Notes under the pieces: model-generated
The model's input: the letters and a program-made list of their open reading frames with translations, nothing else
The model's database searches: none
What the model was told of the DNA's origin: nothing
Translations under genes and position numbers: made by a program
DNA from: Candidatus Aminicenantes bacterium
Lineage (GTDB): Bacteria > Acidobacteriota > Aminicenantia > Aminicenantales > Aminicenantaceae
Direction: 5' to 3'
NCBI GenBank assembly: GCA_011772475.1
Contig: WVZK01000086.1
Span: forward strand, 4,406-68,405
DNA: 64,000 nucleotides
Shown here: piece after piece, positions 27,814 through 36,316 of the stretch
How positions within the stretch are numbered: position 1 is the first letter of the stretch
Layout of the letters: the number at the start of each line of letters is the position of its first letter

Positions 27814-27943
27814 TTTTAGGGGCTTGATTCATCGTAGGGGCTTGATTTATCAAGCCCACCTTATTTAATATGGTTACAAATACCTGCTTTGATAAATCAA
27901 ACCCCTACAAGATAATTAGAGGGATTTGAGAAATCAAATCCCT
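27814..27943. repeat. GTAGGGG-family copies in both orientations plus an AGGGATTTGA/TCAAATCCCT palindrome
   Basis: partial copy near 27815; gtaggggcttgatttatcaagccc at 27834; inverted copy 27887-27908; 10-bp perfect palindrome arms 27920-27929 / 27934-27943. Confidence 0.8.
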
Positions 27944-27994
27944 TTAGGTAAATCCAAATCGACAAACAAAAGTTGGAATGTTTAACGCCTAATT

Positions 27995-28693
27995 CTATTC
28001 AAATACCTCCTTGAAGATTTCGACAAGGTCCAACGCGTATTCAATCATGGTGAGAGGGATTCCCTTTTCTTTGGCTATGGTGTCAAACCTTCCGTCTTTG
28101 TTCCCATCTCCGGTAACAATAAGATAGTCTGCGAAAGGAGCTACAGCATCTATCATCCTTTCGTTGTCGCTCCCCGGAGCTCCTCTTTTTGAAGTTCCTC
28201 CAACATGAACGGCGATGATGAACATCTTTTTTTTCTTGCAATTATCAATGATCTTTTTCAACCGGCTCACTTCAGTTTCTACAGTAAGCCCTGATGCACC
28301 CATGCCCTTCAAGCTGGCTCCAATAGCTATAATCACCGTTTTATATGGAGTTCCTTCTGGGAACTTTTCTTTATCCGTATAGACCTCGACATGAAAGCCA
28401 GGGCCGGACTCTTTTCCTGCAAGACCGACGCCCGCATTCACGATTTCAACATCAGGCACATCGCAGTAATCGTATGCTATTCCAGCCTCTTCGAGAACGA
28501 TGTTTATCGTTGTAACATCCGGACTTTGACCAGCAGAGGTGGTGAGCACAGGCAATCTAGCTTTGGCAATTTCTGCTTCTGAAAAACCAGGCATTGTTAG
28601 ACCGAGATAAATAATTAAAAAGAGAGACAATGCTTGACCTGATATCTTTAATTTTTTCATTTGAAACACTATCTCCTTATGTGTATTTAACAC
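27995..28693 (-). CDS. Secreted protein with GQSPD motif (DUF6305-like)
   Basis: 232 aa; LPVLTTSAGQSPDVTTINIVLEEAGIAYDYCDVPD, KTVIIAIGASLKGMGASG; likely real start at internal M (28660) before KKLKISGQALSLFLIIYLG. Confidence 0.55.
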   Translation of the reverse strand: MLNTHKEIVFQMKKLKISGQALSLFLIIYLGLTMPGFSEAEIAKARLPVLTTSAGQSPDVTTINIVLEEAGIAYDYCDVPDVEIVNAGVGLAGKESGPGFHVEVYTDKEKFPEGTPYKTVIIAIGASLKGMGASGLTVETEVSRLKKIIDNCKKKKMFIIAVHVGGTSKRGAPGSDNERMIDAVAPFADYLIVTGDGNKDGRFDTIAKEKGIPLTMIEYALDLVEIFKEVFE

Positions 28694-28744
28694 ATTTGTA
28701 TTTAATTCACTACTGCTTTGTCTTGGCGACCAGACAGTGCGAGG

Positions 28745-30517
28745 TTAATTATCTTCCTTCTTTTTTTGCGGTTCCTGTGGCACCAGCTTATCGTACTTAA
28801 CGAGCTCCCTGAGCCACCATTCAGGAAACTCTAACCTGTTCGTTTTTCTTGTTTCAACGTCATAGAGCCATAAATTATTGTATTTGACCAGCAATTGGTC
28901 GCCAAGCTCCCACCAGGCATCAATAACTCTGTTCGCGTTATTTACGCAGTAGTCGGTTAAAAATTTTCTTGCCTCGGCTGGATCCTTCTTGTAGAGCTCG
29001 TGAGCGAATTTATCCGTGGTGGCTGTCTTAGCTACTGCGCTCCCCTCCCACTTTTCCTGAGCCTTCCTGACATCCTTGATAGCATGCGAGTAGACAACCT
29101 GCGCATGGAAATCCACATAATCAAATGCCCAGCGCGCAGATTTTCTGTCGAATTTCCAGTGGTCACCAATCTTGAATGACTCCGGTATTTTCGTAATGCC
29201 GGCATAAAGAGGCATAAAACAGGATGTGTCCTGAGCGCCGAACGCAAGCCATACTATCCCTCCGATTATATTCGGCAACCATTCCCTGCACTGAGTCACG
29301 GTAACATATTCCGCCCTGTTCACGCTTATGAATCTCGTCGTATTATAGGTCAGGCCATCCAGTTCAAAAGGTCTAGGGAGGTAGTTTGGGTTCTTGAATG
29401 GTCCGCCTTGAAGACCTCTAACCGGGTCAAAAGGTGTCCCTTCACACTTGTCCCGGGTGATGCTCATCACATCCTGTACCGAAAGCTTCTTGTCAGGCTT
29501 GACCGAGAAGGGGAGTTCCATGTTAGGTGTATCCGGACTGATTTTACGGGAGGAAGCCACTATATCAAAAAAACGCCAGAGACGGACACGTGTTCCCCTT
29601 GAGCTGCTTGCACTGTATTCGCTCGGAGAGTAAGCTTTCTTCCAGTTAAAGGGCTCACCACTTTTTGGATCATAATAGCCGTTCTCTACTGCATAAGAGA
29701 TAACATTGGGGGAAGCCATGAAGTAATCCTTATTCTTGAGGTCGATTTCGCCTATCCTGGATTCATTCGGACAGACACTGACGTGGTCATCCGGCACCCT
29801 CTGGGCGCACCATATCGAGCCTGGCTTTCCGCTCTTTGGGGTCCACAACGCTCCGACGGGCATGATCTCAAAAATCCAGACCTCGTTAGGATCAGCTACG
29901 GCGAGCATCTCTCCATCGTCATGAAATCCATATCCATGCTCTTCTGTTATTTTTCCCATGAACTTGATTGCCTCTCGGGCTGTCTTGCATCTCTCTATGG
30001 CAAGAAGCGTCAACATTGAAAGGTCAATTTTGGCAGATGGAGTCTCATTTTTCATCTTATCGTGGCATCCTATGGTTGACTCTGCTATGGCCAGTTGCTG
30101 GTCATTCATGTACCCGAACATCCCATGAAGATGAGCATAGGTATGGGGCACTTGAGGGATTTCAAGACCTGTAAAGTTCTCTTTATACTTCTCCCATTTA
30201 AGACCTTCCTCTGGAGGCCACGTCTTATACTGGGAAATATGATAGATTTTACGAGTTGATCCAGGCTCATGGTCTGCTGCTGGCACGTACCGCCATGTCC
30301 AATCACAAAAGCTGCAATCACACGTATGGGTGGTCATTACCGAGCCGTCCACCGAGGCATCTTTCCCGACGATGACCACAGTACAGCCATCGTGTGGATA
30401 TTCTGCCGGTCCCGAATCACAATTTTTACATTCTGGCGTTGTTGATACCTGCGAACTTAATAAAATTCCTGCAACAAACAACATCCCCACGAATAAAAAT
30501 AATTTTTTTGAATTCAT
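28745..30517 (-). CDS. C69 family dipeptidase, secreted (paralogue A)
   Basis: 590 aa; DGCTVVIVGKDASVDGSVMTTHTCDCSFCDWTWRYVPAADHEPGS; ECKTAREAIKFMG, EVWIFEIMPVG. Confidence 0.9.
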   Translation of the reverse strand: MNSKKLFLFVGMLFVAGILLSSQVSTTPECKNCDSGPAEYPHDGCTVVIVGKDASVDGSVMTTHTCDCSFCDWTWRYVPAADHEPGSTRKIYHISQYKTWPPEEGLKWEKYKENFTGLEIPQVPHTYAHLHGMFGYMNDQQLAIAESTIGCHDKMKNETPSAKIDLSMLTLLAIERCKTAREAIKFMGKITEEHGYGFHDDGEMLAVADPNEVWIFEIMPVGALWTPKSGKPGSIWCAQRVPDDHVSVCPNESRIGEIDLKNKDYFMASPNVISYAVENGYYDPKSGEPFNWKKAYSPSEYSASSSRGTRVRLWRFFDIVASSRKISPDTPNMELPFSVKPDKKLSVQDVMSITRDKCEGTPFDPVRGLQGGPFKNPNYLPRPFELDGLTYNTTRFISVNRAEYVTVTQCREWLPNIIGGIVWLAFGAQDTSCFMPLYAGITKIPESFKIGDHWKFDRKSARWAFDYVDFHAQVVYSHAIKDVRKAQEKWEGSAVAKTATTDKFAHELYKKDPAEARKFLTDYCVNNANRVIDAWWELGDQLLVKYNNLWLYDVETRKTNRLEFPEWWLRELVKYDKLVPQEPQKKKEDN

Positions 30518-30590
30518 TTTTTACCTCCTTAAATGCCCATAATTTTTTGAATTATTCACGAAAAAAAAGCTGCTATTTCATATAAATTTT

Positions 30591-32354
30591 TCACTTTTTA
30601 GCTTGTTCTTGAGGTTCCAGTTTGTGATATTTAATAACCTCTTTAAACCAAGATTCAGGATATGGCAGGTTGCTCCGCTTTCTATTTTCTGTGTCATAAA
30701 TGCTCAGGTGATTGTACTTGACCAGCAAGTGGTCGCCCAGTTTCCACCAGGCATCGATGACTTTTTCGGCGTTGTTCATGCAGTAATCAGTTAAGTATTC
30801 GGCTGCAAGCTTCGGGTTCTGCTCGTACAACTCTTTGGCCGTTATATCGATAGAAGGTACTCTTTCAATCGCCGACGTTTCCCATTCTGCCTGAGCCTTT
30901 TTAACATCTTTTAAAGCGTGAGAGTAAGCCACCAGAGTATGGAAATCAACATAATCAAATGCCCATCTTGCAGATTCTCTGTTGAACACCCAGTGATCTC
31001 CTATACTAAAGGATTCAGGGATTGCGGTTATCCCGGCATACAGGGGCATGTAACATGATGTGTCCTGCGCACCGAAGGCAAGCCAAACAATCCCTCCTAT
31101 TGGATCTGGTAACCAGTCTCTGGATTGCGTAACGGTCGTGTACTCTGCCCGGTTGACACTGATAGTTCGAGGAGTATTGTAAGTTTTGTCCTCGACTGTA
31201 ACTGGCCTGGGGTGATAGTTCGGATTGCTGAAAGGCCCTCCTCTTAGCCCTTCTGCCGGATCAAAAAGAGTCCCCTGGTATTTATCTCGTGTGATGTCTA
31301 TTACGTCATGTAAAGAAAGTTTTTTGTCTGGCTTCACTGAGAAGGGGAATTCCATGTTGGGAGTTTCAGGGCTGAAATTGCGGGAAGGAGCGACAAGGTC
31401 AAAAAAACGCCAGAGCCGAGCTCTTGTCCCTCTGCTGCTTGCGGCGCTGGCCTCAGTGGGGGAGTAGGCTTTTTTCCAGTTAAACGGCTTCCCGCATTCA
31501 GGATCATAGTACCCGTTCTCTACTGCATAGGAAATAACATTCGAAGAAGCCAAAAAATAATCCGGGTTCTTGAGGTCGATTTCTCCTATTCTGGATTCAT
31601 TAGGACAAACACTGACGTGGTCATCCGGAATCCTTTGGGCACACCACACAGTACCCGGCTTGCCGCTCTTTGGGGTCCATAAGGGGCCGACCGGCATAAT
31701 CTCGAAAATCCAGACTTCATCCGGATCAGCCACAGCGAGCATCTCACCCGAGTCGTGAAACCCATATCCGTATTTTTCAGCCAGCGATCCCATGGTCTTG
31801 ATAGCCTCCCGGGCTGTCTTGGATCTCTCCATGGCAATCAGGGTGAGGGTTGTTATGTCAAACACGCCAGATGGAGTGGCATTTTCCATCTTACGGCGAC
31901 AGCCGATTGTCGACTCAGCTATGGCCAATTGATATTCGTTCATGTAGCCGAATACGCCATGGTGATAGGCATAAGTATGAGAAACTTGAGGTATTTCAAC
32001 ACCTGTATAGTCTTGCTTGGACATATCCCATTTATTTCCCACGTCTGGCGGCCATGTCTTTATCTGTGAGATATGGTAGATTTTACGTGTCGAGCCAGGC
32101 TCATGGTCTGCTGCTGGCACATGCCGCCAGGTCCAATCACAAACACCGCAATCAGCTGTATGGGTTGTTATTACCGACCTGTCGGCAGAAGCATCTTTGC
32201 CGACCATAACTACGGTACAGCCTTCTGTAATCGGTTCCAATACGATAGATTCGTCCAGGCCAATCCCTGGGTTAATAATCATAAAGGCTATTACCGCTAA
32301 CGCCAGTGCCGAAAGAGGTAAACCAAATATTAAAAATGATTTTTTTAGATTCAC
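30591..32354 (-). CDS. C69 family dipeptidase, secreted (paralogue B)
   Basis: 587 aa; EGCTVVMVGKDASADRSVITTHTADCGVCDWTWRHVPAADHEPGS; collinear with the 590-aa neighbour. Confidence 0.9.
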   Translation of the reverse strand: MNLKKSFLIFGLPLSALALAVIAFMIINPGIGLDESIVLEPITEGCTVVMVGKDASADRSVITTHTADCGVCDWTWRHVPAADHEPGSTRKIYHISQIKTWPPDVGNKWDMSKQDYTGVEIPQVSHTYAYHHGVFGYMNEYQLAIAESTIGCRRKMENATPSGVFDITTLTLIAMERSKTAREAIKTMGSLAEKYGYGFHDSGEMLAVADPDEVWIFEIMPVGPLWTPKSGKPGTVWCAQRIPDDHVSVCPNESRIGEIDLKNPDYFLASSNVISYAVENGYYDPECGKPFNWKKAYSPTEASAASSRGTRARLWRFFDLVAPSRNFSPETPNMEFPFSVKPDKKLSLHDVIDITRDKYQGTLFDPAEGLRGGPFSNPNYHPRPVTVEDKTYNTPRTISVNRAEYTTVTQSRDWLPDPIGGIVWLAFGAQDTSCYMPLYAGITAIPESFSIGDHWVFNRESARWAFDYVDFHTLVAYSHALKDVKKAQAEWETSAIERVPSIDITAKELYEQNPKLAAEYLTDYCMNNAEKVIDAWWKLGDHLLVKYNHLSIYDTENRKRSNLPYPESWFKEVIKYHKLEPQEQAKK

Positions 32355-32527
32355 CTTTTTACTCCCTCAAAAATTATCTTTCTTAATTTAAAATGAAATA
32401 ATTTTTCATTTATAACATGAATCGGGATATACTACCTCATGCCAAATTTGTCAAGAAGGTTGTATCCACCGCGCGGTGATAGATGGTTATATCCTGCATT
32501 ATTCTTGAGGATGGTGATTGAAAGGAG

Positions 32528-33010
32528 TTATTTTCTTCTCTTTTTTTGTTCCTTATCTAATTCTGTCTTGGCCGCTTCGGCATTCTGATTAGCTACCTGA
32601 AGTTTCTGGAATGTTTCGAAAATTTCTCTCTGCATCTCAGCTCTGTCATACTGGTTCTCAAAGCTGAAAAATCTCTGCTGCAATTCGTTCATCCTTAAGG
32701 TTAAGAGACTAGCTCGTTCACTTGCTTTCTTCCAGTCCGCTTCAAGTCTTGCTTGTTCTTCAATATTCTCCGGCTCTATTTCTTCTTCTGGGAGTGATAA
32801 CATATCCTCGTTGAACGCAGGCTCGATAATTTCCACGGCAGCCGTTCTACCAAGGCTTCTCAGATCATCGTTGGTCACAACAACGGCTCTTTTTCCTTTA
32901 AGTTTTGCCCTTCTCTCTTTCTCCTTTTTAGCCAATTCGACTACACTTTGAGAGCAGAGAAAACTTACGAATAGCATAAACGAGAAGATTATTGTGATGA
33001 TTTTTTTCAT
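32528..33010 (-). CDS. Secreted coiled-coil hypothetical protein
   Basis: ORF track start 33058; preferred start MKKIITIIFSFMLFVSFLCSQS; Lys/Glu-rich helical remainder. Confidence 0.55.
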   Translation of the reverse strand: MKKIITIIFSFMLFVSFLCSQSVVELAKKEKERRAKLKGKRAVVVTNDDLRSLGRTAAVEIIEPAFNEDMLSLPEEEIEPENIEEQARLEADWKKASERASLLTLRMNELQQRFFSFENQYDRAEMQREIFETFQKLQVANQNAEAAKTELDKEQKKRRK

Positions 33011-33063
33011 ACCCGTCTTTCCTCTGACCATTTTATAGAATTTAATCTCTTTAGTCAATATTA

Positions 33064-34248
33064 TCAGTTAAAGTGTACAACAGCCTTATCCACTTTATCT
33101 GGATCATGATAATAATGACCGACACCGTTTTTCACTACATCTGCATAGCGTGGTACATTGCGGAGTTCGACTGCCCTTTCCGGGAATTTTCTTGAAAATT
33201 GACGTATAATCTCGAGAATAACTGAACAGTGCTGGCCGACTCTTTTTTCCATTGGCCAACCTGTCTCATCATAAGGCACAAACAATTTCCTTTTCTTTGA
33301 GAGGCTCAGCAAAAAGGGATCTTTCCCATCCAACAGAAGCTTCACAGTCTTTGGGCCGGTAGGTTGGTCTAAAAAGGGAAGAGGCGCCTCCAGAAGAAAA
33401 GGCAAAGTATCAGAATAATCTCCGATTTCTCTATGAGAAAGTCCTCGGAATCCAGATGGGGAAGGCTCAACATGGTTATCAAATTTCTCTCTGGCTTTTA
33501 CGGTAAGAGAGGTCATCGTTGCTATTCTCATAGATTTCTCGGGTGCTACGATACAGTTCGTGACCGGGAACATCGTCTCAGCTCCGTGGATGTCAATAGC
33601 GATGTCCACTTCCATCTCCCTCATGATCTGCATCGCTCCGTAGGTGACCCGCTCCATGAGAGGGCCGTTGGGCCTTCCAGGCCATGTCCTGTTTGTGTTC
33701 CTGACATCGAGAAAAGAAAGCAACTGTTTATCAGGATAATGAACATAGACATCCGGGTCCGGCCATTGGTCTAAGGGAGAAGCATCACGGTTTCCCATCC
33801 TGAATTTTTTGCTTCCCCATTCTGTGGGGATTTCATAGTAAAGCGGATAGCCGTCTCCCGGTCTAGTATTGCGCCCCGCGCTGTTGTTGAACTCGGGAAT
33901 TATGATGAGTGTTCCCTTATCGACTAGGGCGTTTTCTACAAATATGAGGGCCGTCAGGATTGCTGCTGGCTCGTTGGAATGGGTGTTAGCCATGATGAAC
34001 ATCTTCCCGCCTTTTTCTTTTCCTTCCAGGTAAAACACATTAGTGTCCGCTACAGTTTCCTTCACTCCTTCAGCATAATCGCTAAGCTTTGCAACTTTCG
34101 TTACCCCTTGTCCAGCCACTATGGGTAGCTTGAAATGCCGATGCTCATAAAGCTGCGCCCCTGCGATAATCATTAAAGTTATTATGATCAAAAGAAGTAT
34201 CGATTTTATTATCCAAACACGAGACATGTTTTTCTCCGTTTTCTGCAT
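33064..34248 (-). CDS. M14-like metallocarboxypeptidase / succinylglutamate desuccinylase-aspartoacylase family protein, membrane-anchored
   Basis: MANTHSNEPAAILTALIFVE, GTLIIIPEFNNSAG, VDIAIDIHGAETMFP. Confidence 0.65.
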   Translation of the reverse strand: MQKTEKNMSRVWIIKSILLLIIITLMIIAGAQLYEHRHFKLPIVAGQGVTKVAKLSDYAEGVKETVADTNVFYLEGKEKGGKMFIMANTHSNEPAAILTALIFVENALVDKGTLIIIPEFNNSAGRNTRPGDGYPLYYEIPTEWGSKKFRMGNRDASPLDQWPDPDVYVHYPDKQLLSFLDVRNTNRTWPGRPNGPLMERVTYGAMQIMREMEVDIAIDIHGAETMFPVTNCIVAPEKSMRIATMTSLTVKAREKFDNHVEPSPSGFRGLSHREIGDYSDTLPFLLEAPLPFLDQPTGPKTVKLLLDGKDPFLLSLSKKRKLFVPYDETGWPMEKRVGQHCSVILEIIRQFSRKFPERAVELRNVPRYADVVKNGVGHYYHDPDKVDKAVVHFN

Positions 34249-34252
34249 CGCC

Positions 34253-34408
34253 CTACTTTACACGCAAGATCCTCAAAACAAGCGGGATCATGACCAATAA
34301 ATAGAGGAGCATATCGTTTACGCTCTTTTTTTCTCTGATGAAATTCCAGACCAACATGCCTGCAATGTAAGCACAAATGATATAGTATAAAATCATTATC
34401 AAAGGCAT
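34253..34408 (-). CDS. Small two-TM membrane protein in a permease/hydrolase cassette
   Basis: Not in ORF track (<60 aa): MPLIMILYYIICAYIAGMLVWNFIREKKSVNDMLLYLLVMIPLVLRILRVK*; AGGAGG 6 nt upstream; stop 4 nt before the 34248 start. Confidence 0.6.
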   Translation of the reverse strand: MPLIMILYYIICAYIAGMLVWNFIREKKSVNDMLLYLLVMIPLVLRILRVK

Positions 34409-34435
34409 TCATAGCCTCCTAAGCTTGTTTATATT

Positions 34436-35749
34436 TTATATGCTCCATCGCACAAGAAACTCTAAGTCGGCACTGAATTTAATCATGAGAATTCCCACAA
34501 CAGTAATAATCAACCAGGGCAACCAGGTGCTCCTTAAGAAGGTCCAGTATGAATCCTTATACTCCGAGACCATAACACTGAGCCTTCCTATTAGAGCTGT
34601 GGGAGGAAGCCCATCTCCTAAAGGCCAAAGCAAGCTCAGCCCTGCAATAGCCACAGTGGCGTGCAAACCTATGGAATCTAAGAACCATATAAGAGGAATT
34701 CCGATAATAGCTGCGCCGCCATAGGTTAAGACTCCTTCTGAGACAGGAATAATCACGGCCAAAAGTATAAACAGTAAGGTAATGGGTGTGCTGATAACAG
34801 CAAACGATAGAAGCCCTCGGACTCCGGTTGCGGTCATTACCTGCTGCAGCATTCCCACTACAACCATTGTTGCTAGCAACGGCAGCAGCCGTTTCATAGT
34901 ATCTCTAGATAGCTCAAGGATTTTAATCTTCTTGGGGCTTACCAGAAGCGCAACTAAAGCAGCTATAACAAACTCCAGGGGCAATCCCAGTATCGGAGTT
35001 GAGAAAGGCAAAATTCGGGAAGCTACAATCAACCCGAAAAAGATGAGGAAAGGCAAAATCACTCTCCACCAGCTCATCCTTTCCGGCACTTCAGGCATCT
35101 CTTTCAAGACTTCCCCTAAATCCATCGTCCTCTCCCTTTTCCATCCAAGGAAAAGGACAGTAAAAGTCCCGAGGATAAGAACGGGAATTCCAAGAGGAAG
35201 CTCAAAGCCAACATAGGGTATGGCTGTGCCTGCAGATAATATCATAGCCCAGATATTAACCGGAGGCGCGGCCGCGCTTAATCCAGCGACTATAAAAAGA
35301 ATAGCAGCGATCCTTCTCTTAGTTATTCCCAGGTAACCGAGCGCCAATGCTACCGGTGCTCCCACAACAAGCAGAGATACACTACCTGCTCCTGTGAGGG
35401 CTCCAGGTATTAGGACAATTATCATCAAAAGAATTAGGGCAATAATACGCAGGTTATAGAAGTATTTTATCGTGGCCCTGACAACGTAATTGACGCCGCC
35501 GGATTCCCTGACTATTGCCATAAATATGGTGGCGGTTGAAAAAACTAAGATTACATCAAGATATGTAAAAGCCCCCTCTACAAGATGGCGGGCTAGCTGA
35601 CCTATCGGTGGCGTGCTTACGAACGCGCCGGCTATTCCTCCGCAAACTGCAGCGGAAAGCATGCTAAGCTCAACTGATAAATTCTTCCACTTTGCCAAAG
35701 AATAAGCGACCACCATGATGGCCAAGATAATTCCGATCCGCAGATACAT
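34436..35749 (-). CDS. Large permease of the ion transporter superfamily type (C4-dicarboxylate/TRAP DctM- or GntP-like)
   Basis: 437 aa, 10-12 hydrophobic segments; LIPGALTGAGSVSLLVVGAPVALALGYLG, AAAPPVNIWAMILSAGT, WPLGDGLPPTALIGRLSVMVS. Confidence 0.65.
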   Translation of the reverse strand: MYLRIGIILAIMVVAYSLAKWKNLSVELSMLSAAVCGGIAGAFVSTPPIGQLARHLVEGAFTYLDVILVFSTATIFMAIVRESGGVNYVVRATIKYFYNLRIIALILLMIIVLIPGALTGAGSVSLLVVGAPVALALGYLGITKRRIAAILFIVAGLSAAAPPVNIWAMILSAGTAIPYVGFELPLGIPVLILGTFTVLFLGWKRERTMDLGEVLKEMPEVPERMSWWRVILPFLIFFGLIVASRILPFSTPILGLPLEFVIAALVALLVSPKKIKILELSRDTMKRLLPLLATMVVVGMLQQVMTATGVRGLLSFAVISTPITLLFILLAVIIPVSEGVLTYGGAAIIGIPLIWFLDSIGLHATVAIAGLSLLWPLGDGLPPTALIGRLSVMVSEYKDSYWTFLRSTWLPWLIITVVGILMIKFSADLEFLVRWSI

Positions 35750-35852
35750 GCTCTAAACCCTCCGCAATTTTACATTTCACATTTCACCTTAGTCAAGCAA
35801 TCTTGTTAGGCCCGGATGTTTCGCTCTTTTTCTTTGCTTATTATTTTCTTTT

Positions 35853-35876
35853 GTAGGGGTTTGATTTATCAAACCC
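35853..35876. repeat. GTAGGGG-family hairpin copy
   Basis: gtaggggtttgatttatcaaaccc. Confidence 0.85.
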
Positions 35877-35985
35877 ACATTTTTGCTTGTAAAGATAACT
35901 TAAAATAATTAAATATGATAAGGTAATACTAAAAATAATGTTAATTCGTATAATAGGTAGGTCAATTTAAGTTTGGATATTAAAG

Positions 35986-36183
35986 ATGGTTAAATTTTTA
36001 CTCTGGCTAATTTTATTGGTGCTCTGCTGGCCACTTGCTCTTCTGGCGCTTCTACTCTATCCTATTGTCTGGCTCCTACTTATACCTTTCAGACTTCTTG
36101 GCATCACAGTGAACGCTGTCCTGGATCTATTTAAAACAATCATAACGCTCCCTGCCAGGGTTTTGAGAGGTGGAAGAGGTTAA
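35986..36183 (+). CDS. Small hydrophobic membrane protein
   Basis: 65 aa; MVKFLLWLILLVLCWPLALLALLLYPIVWLLLIPFRLLG...LPARVLRGGRG. Confidence 0.5.
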   Translation: MVKFLLWLILLVLCWPLALLALLLYPIVWLLLIPFRLLGITVNAVLDLFKTIITLPARVLRGGRG

Positions 36184-36316
36184 TACCGCCAATTTGACGT
36201 TGATGTTTGCTCGTGATAAAAGCGATATACGGAGTCATTCGATAGGATTCTTGCATAAGAATAGTAAAATGTTTTCAAACCTATAGATTCCAAAAAAATA
36301 AAAAAAGGAGGAATTA

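Noticed and set aside
27554-27859. ORF 27554..27859 (-), N-terminus MGLINQAPTMNQAP
   Set aside because: Starts inside the repeat composite and runs antisense into the kinase gene C-terminus.
34209-34412. 67-aa ORF MNAFDNDFILYHLCLHC...
   Set aside because: SD is only 2 nt from its ATG and it overlaps the next gene; the other frame gives a well-formed two-TM protein with proper SD spacing.
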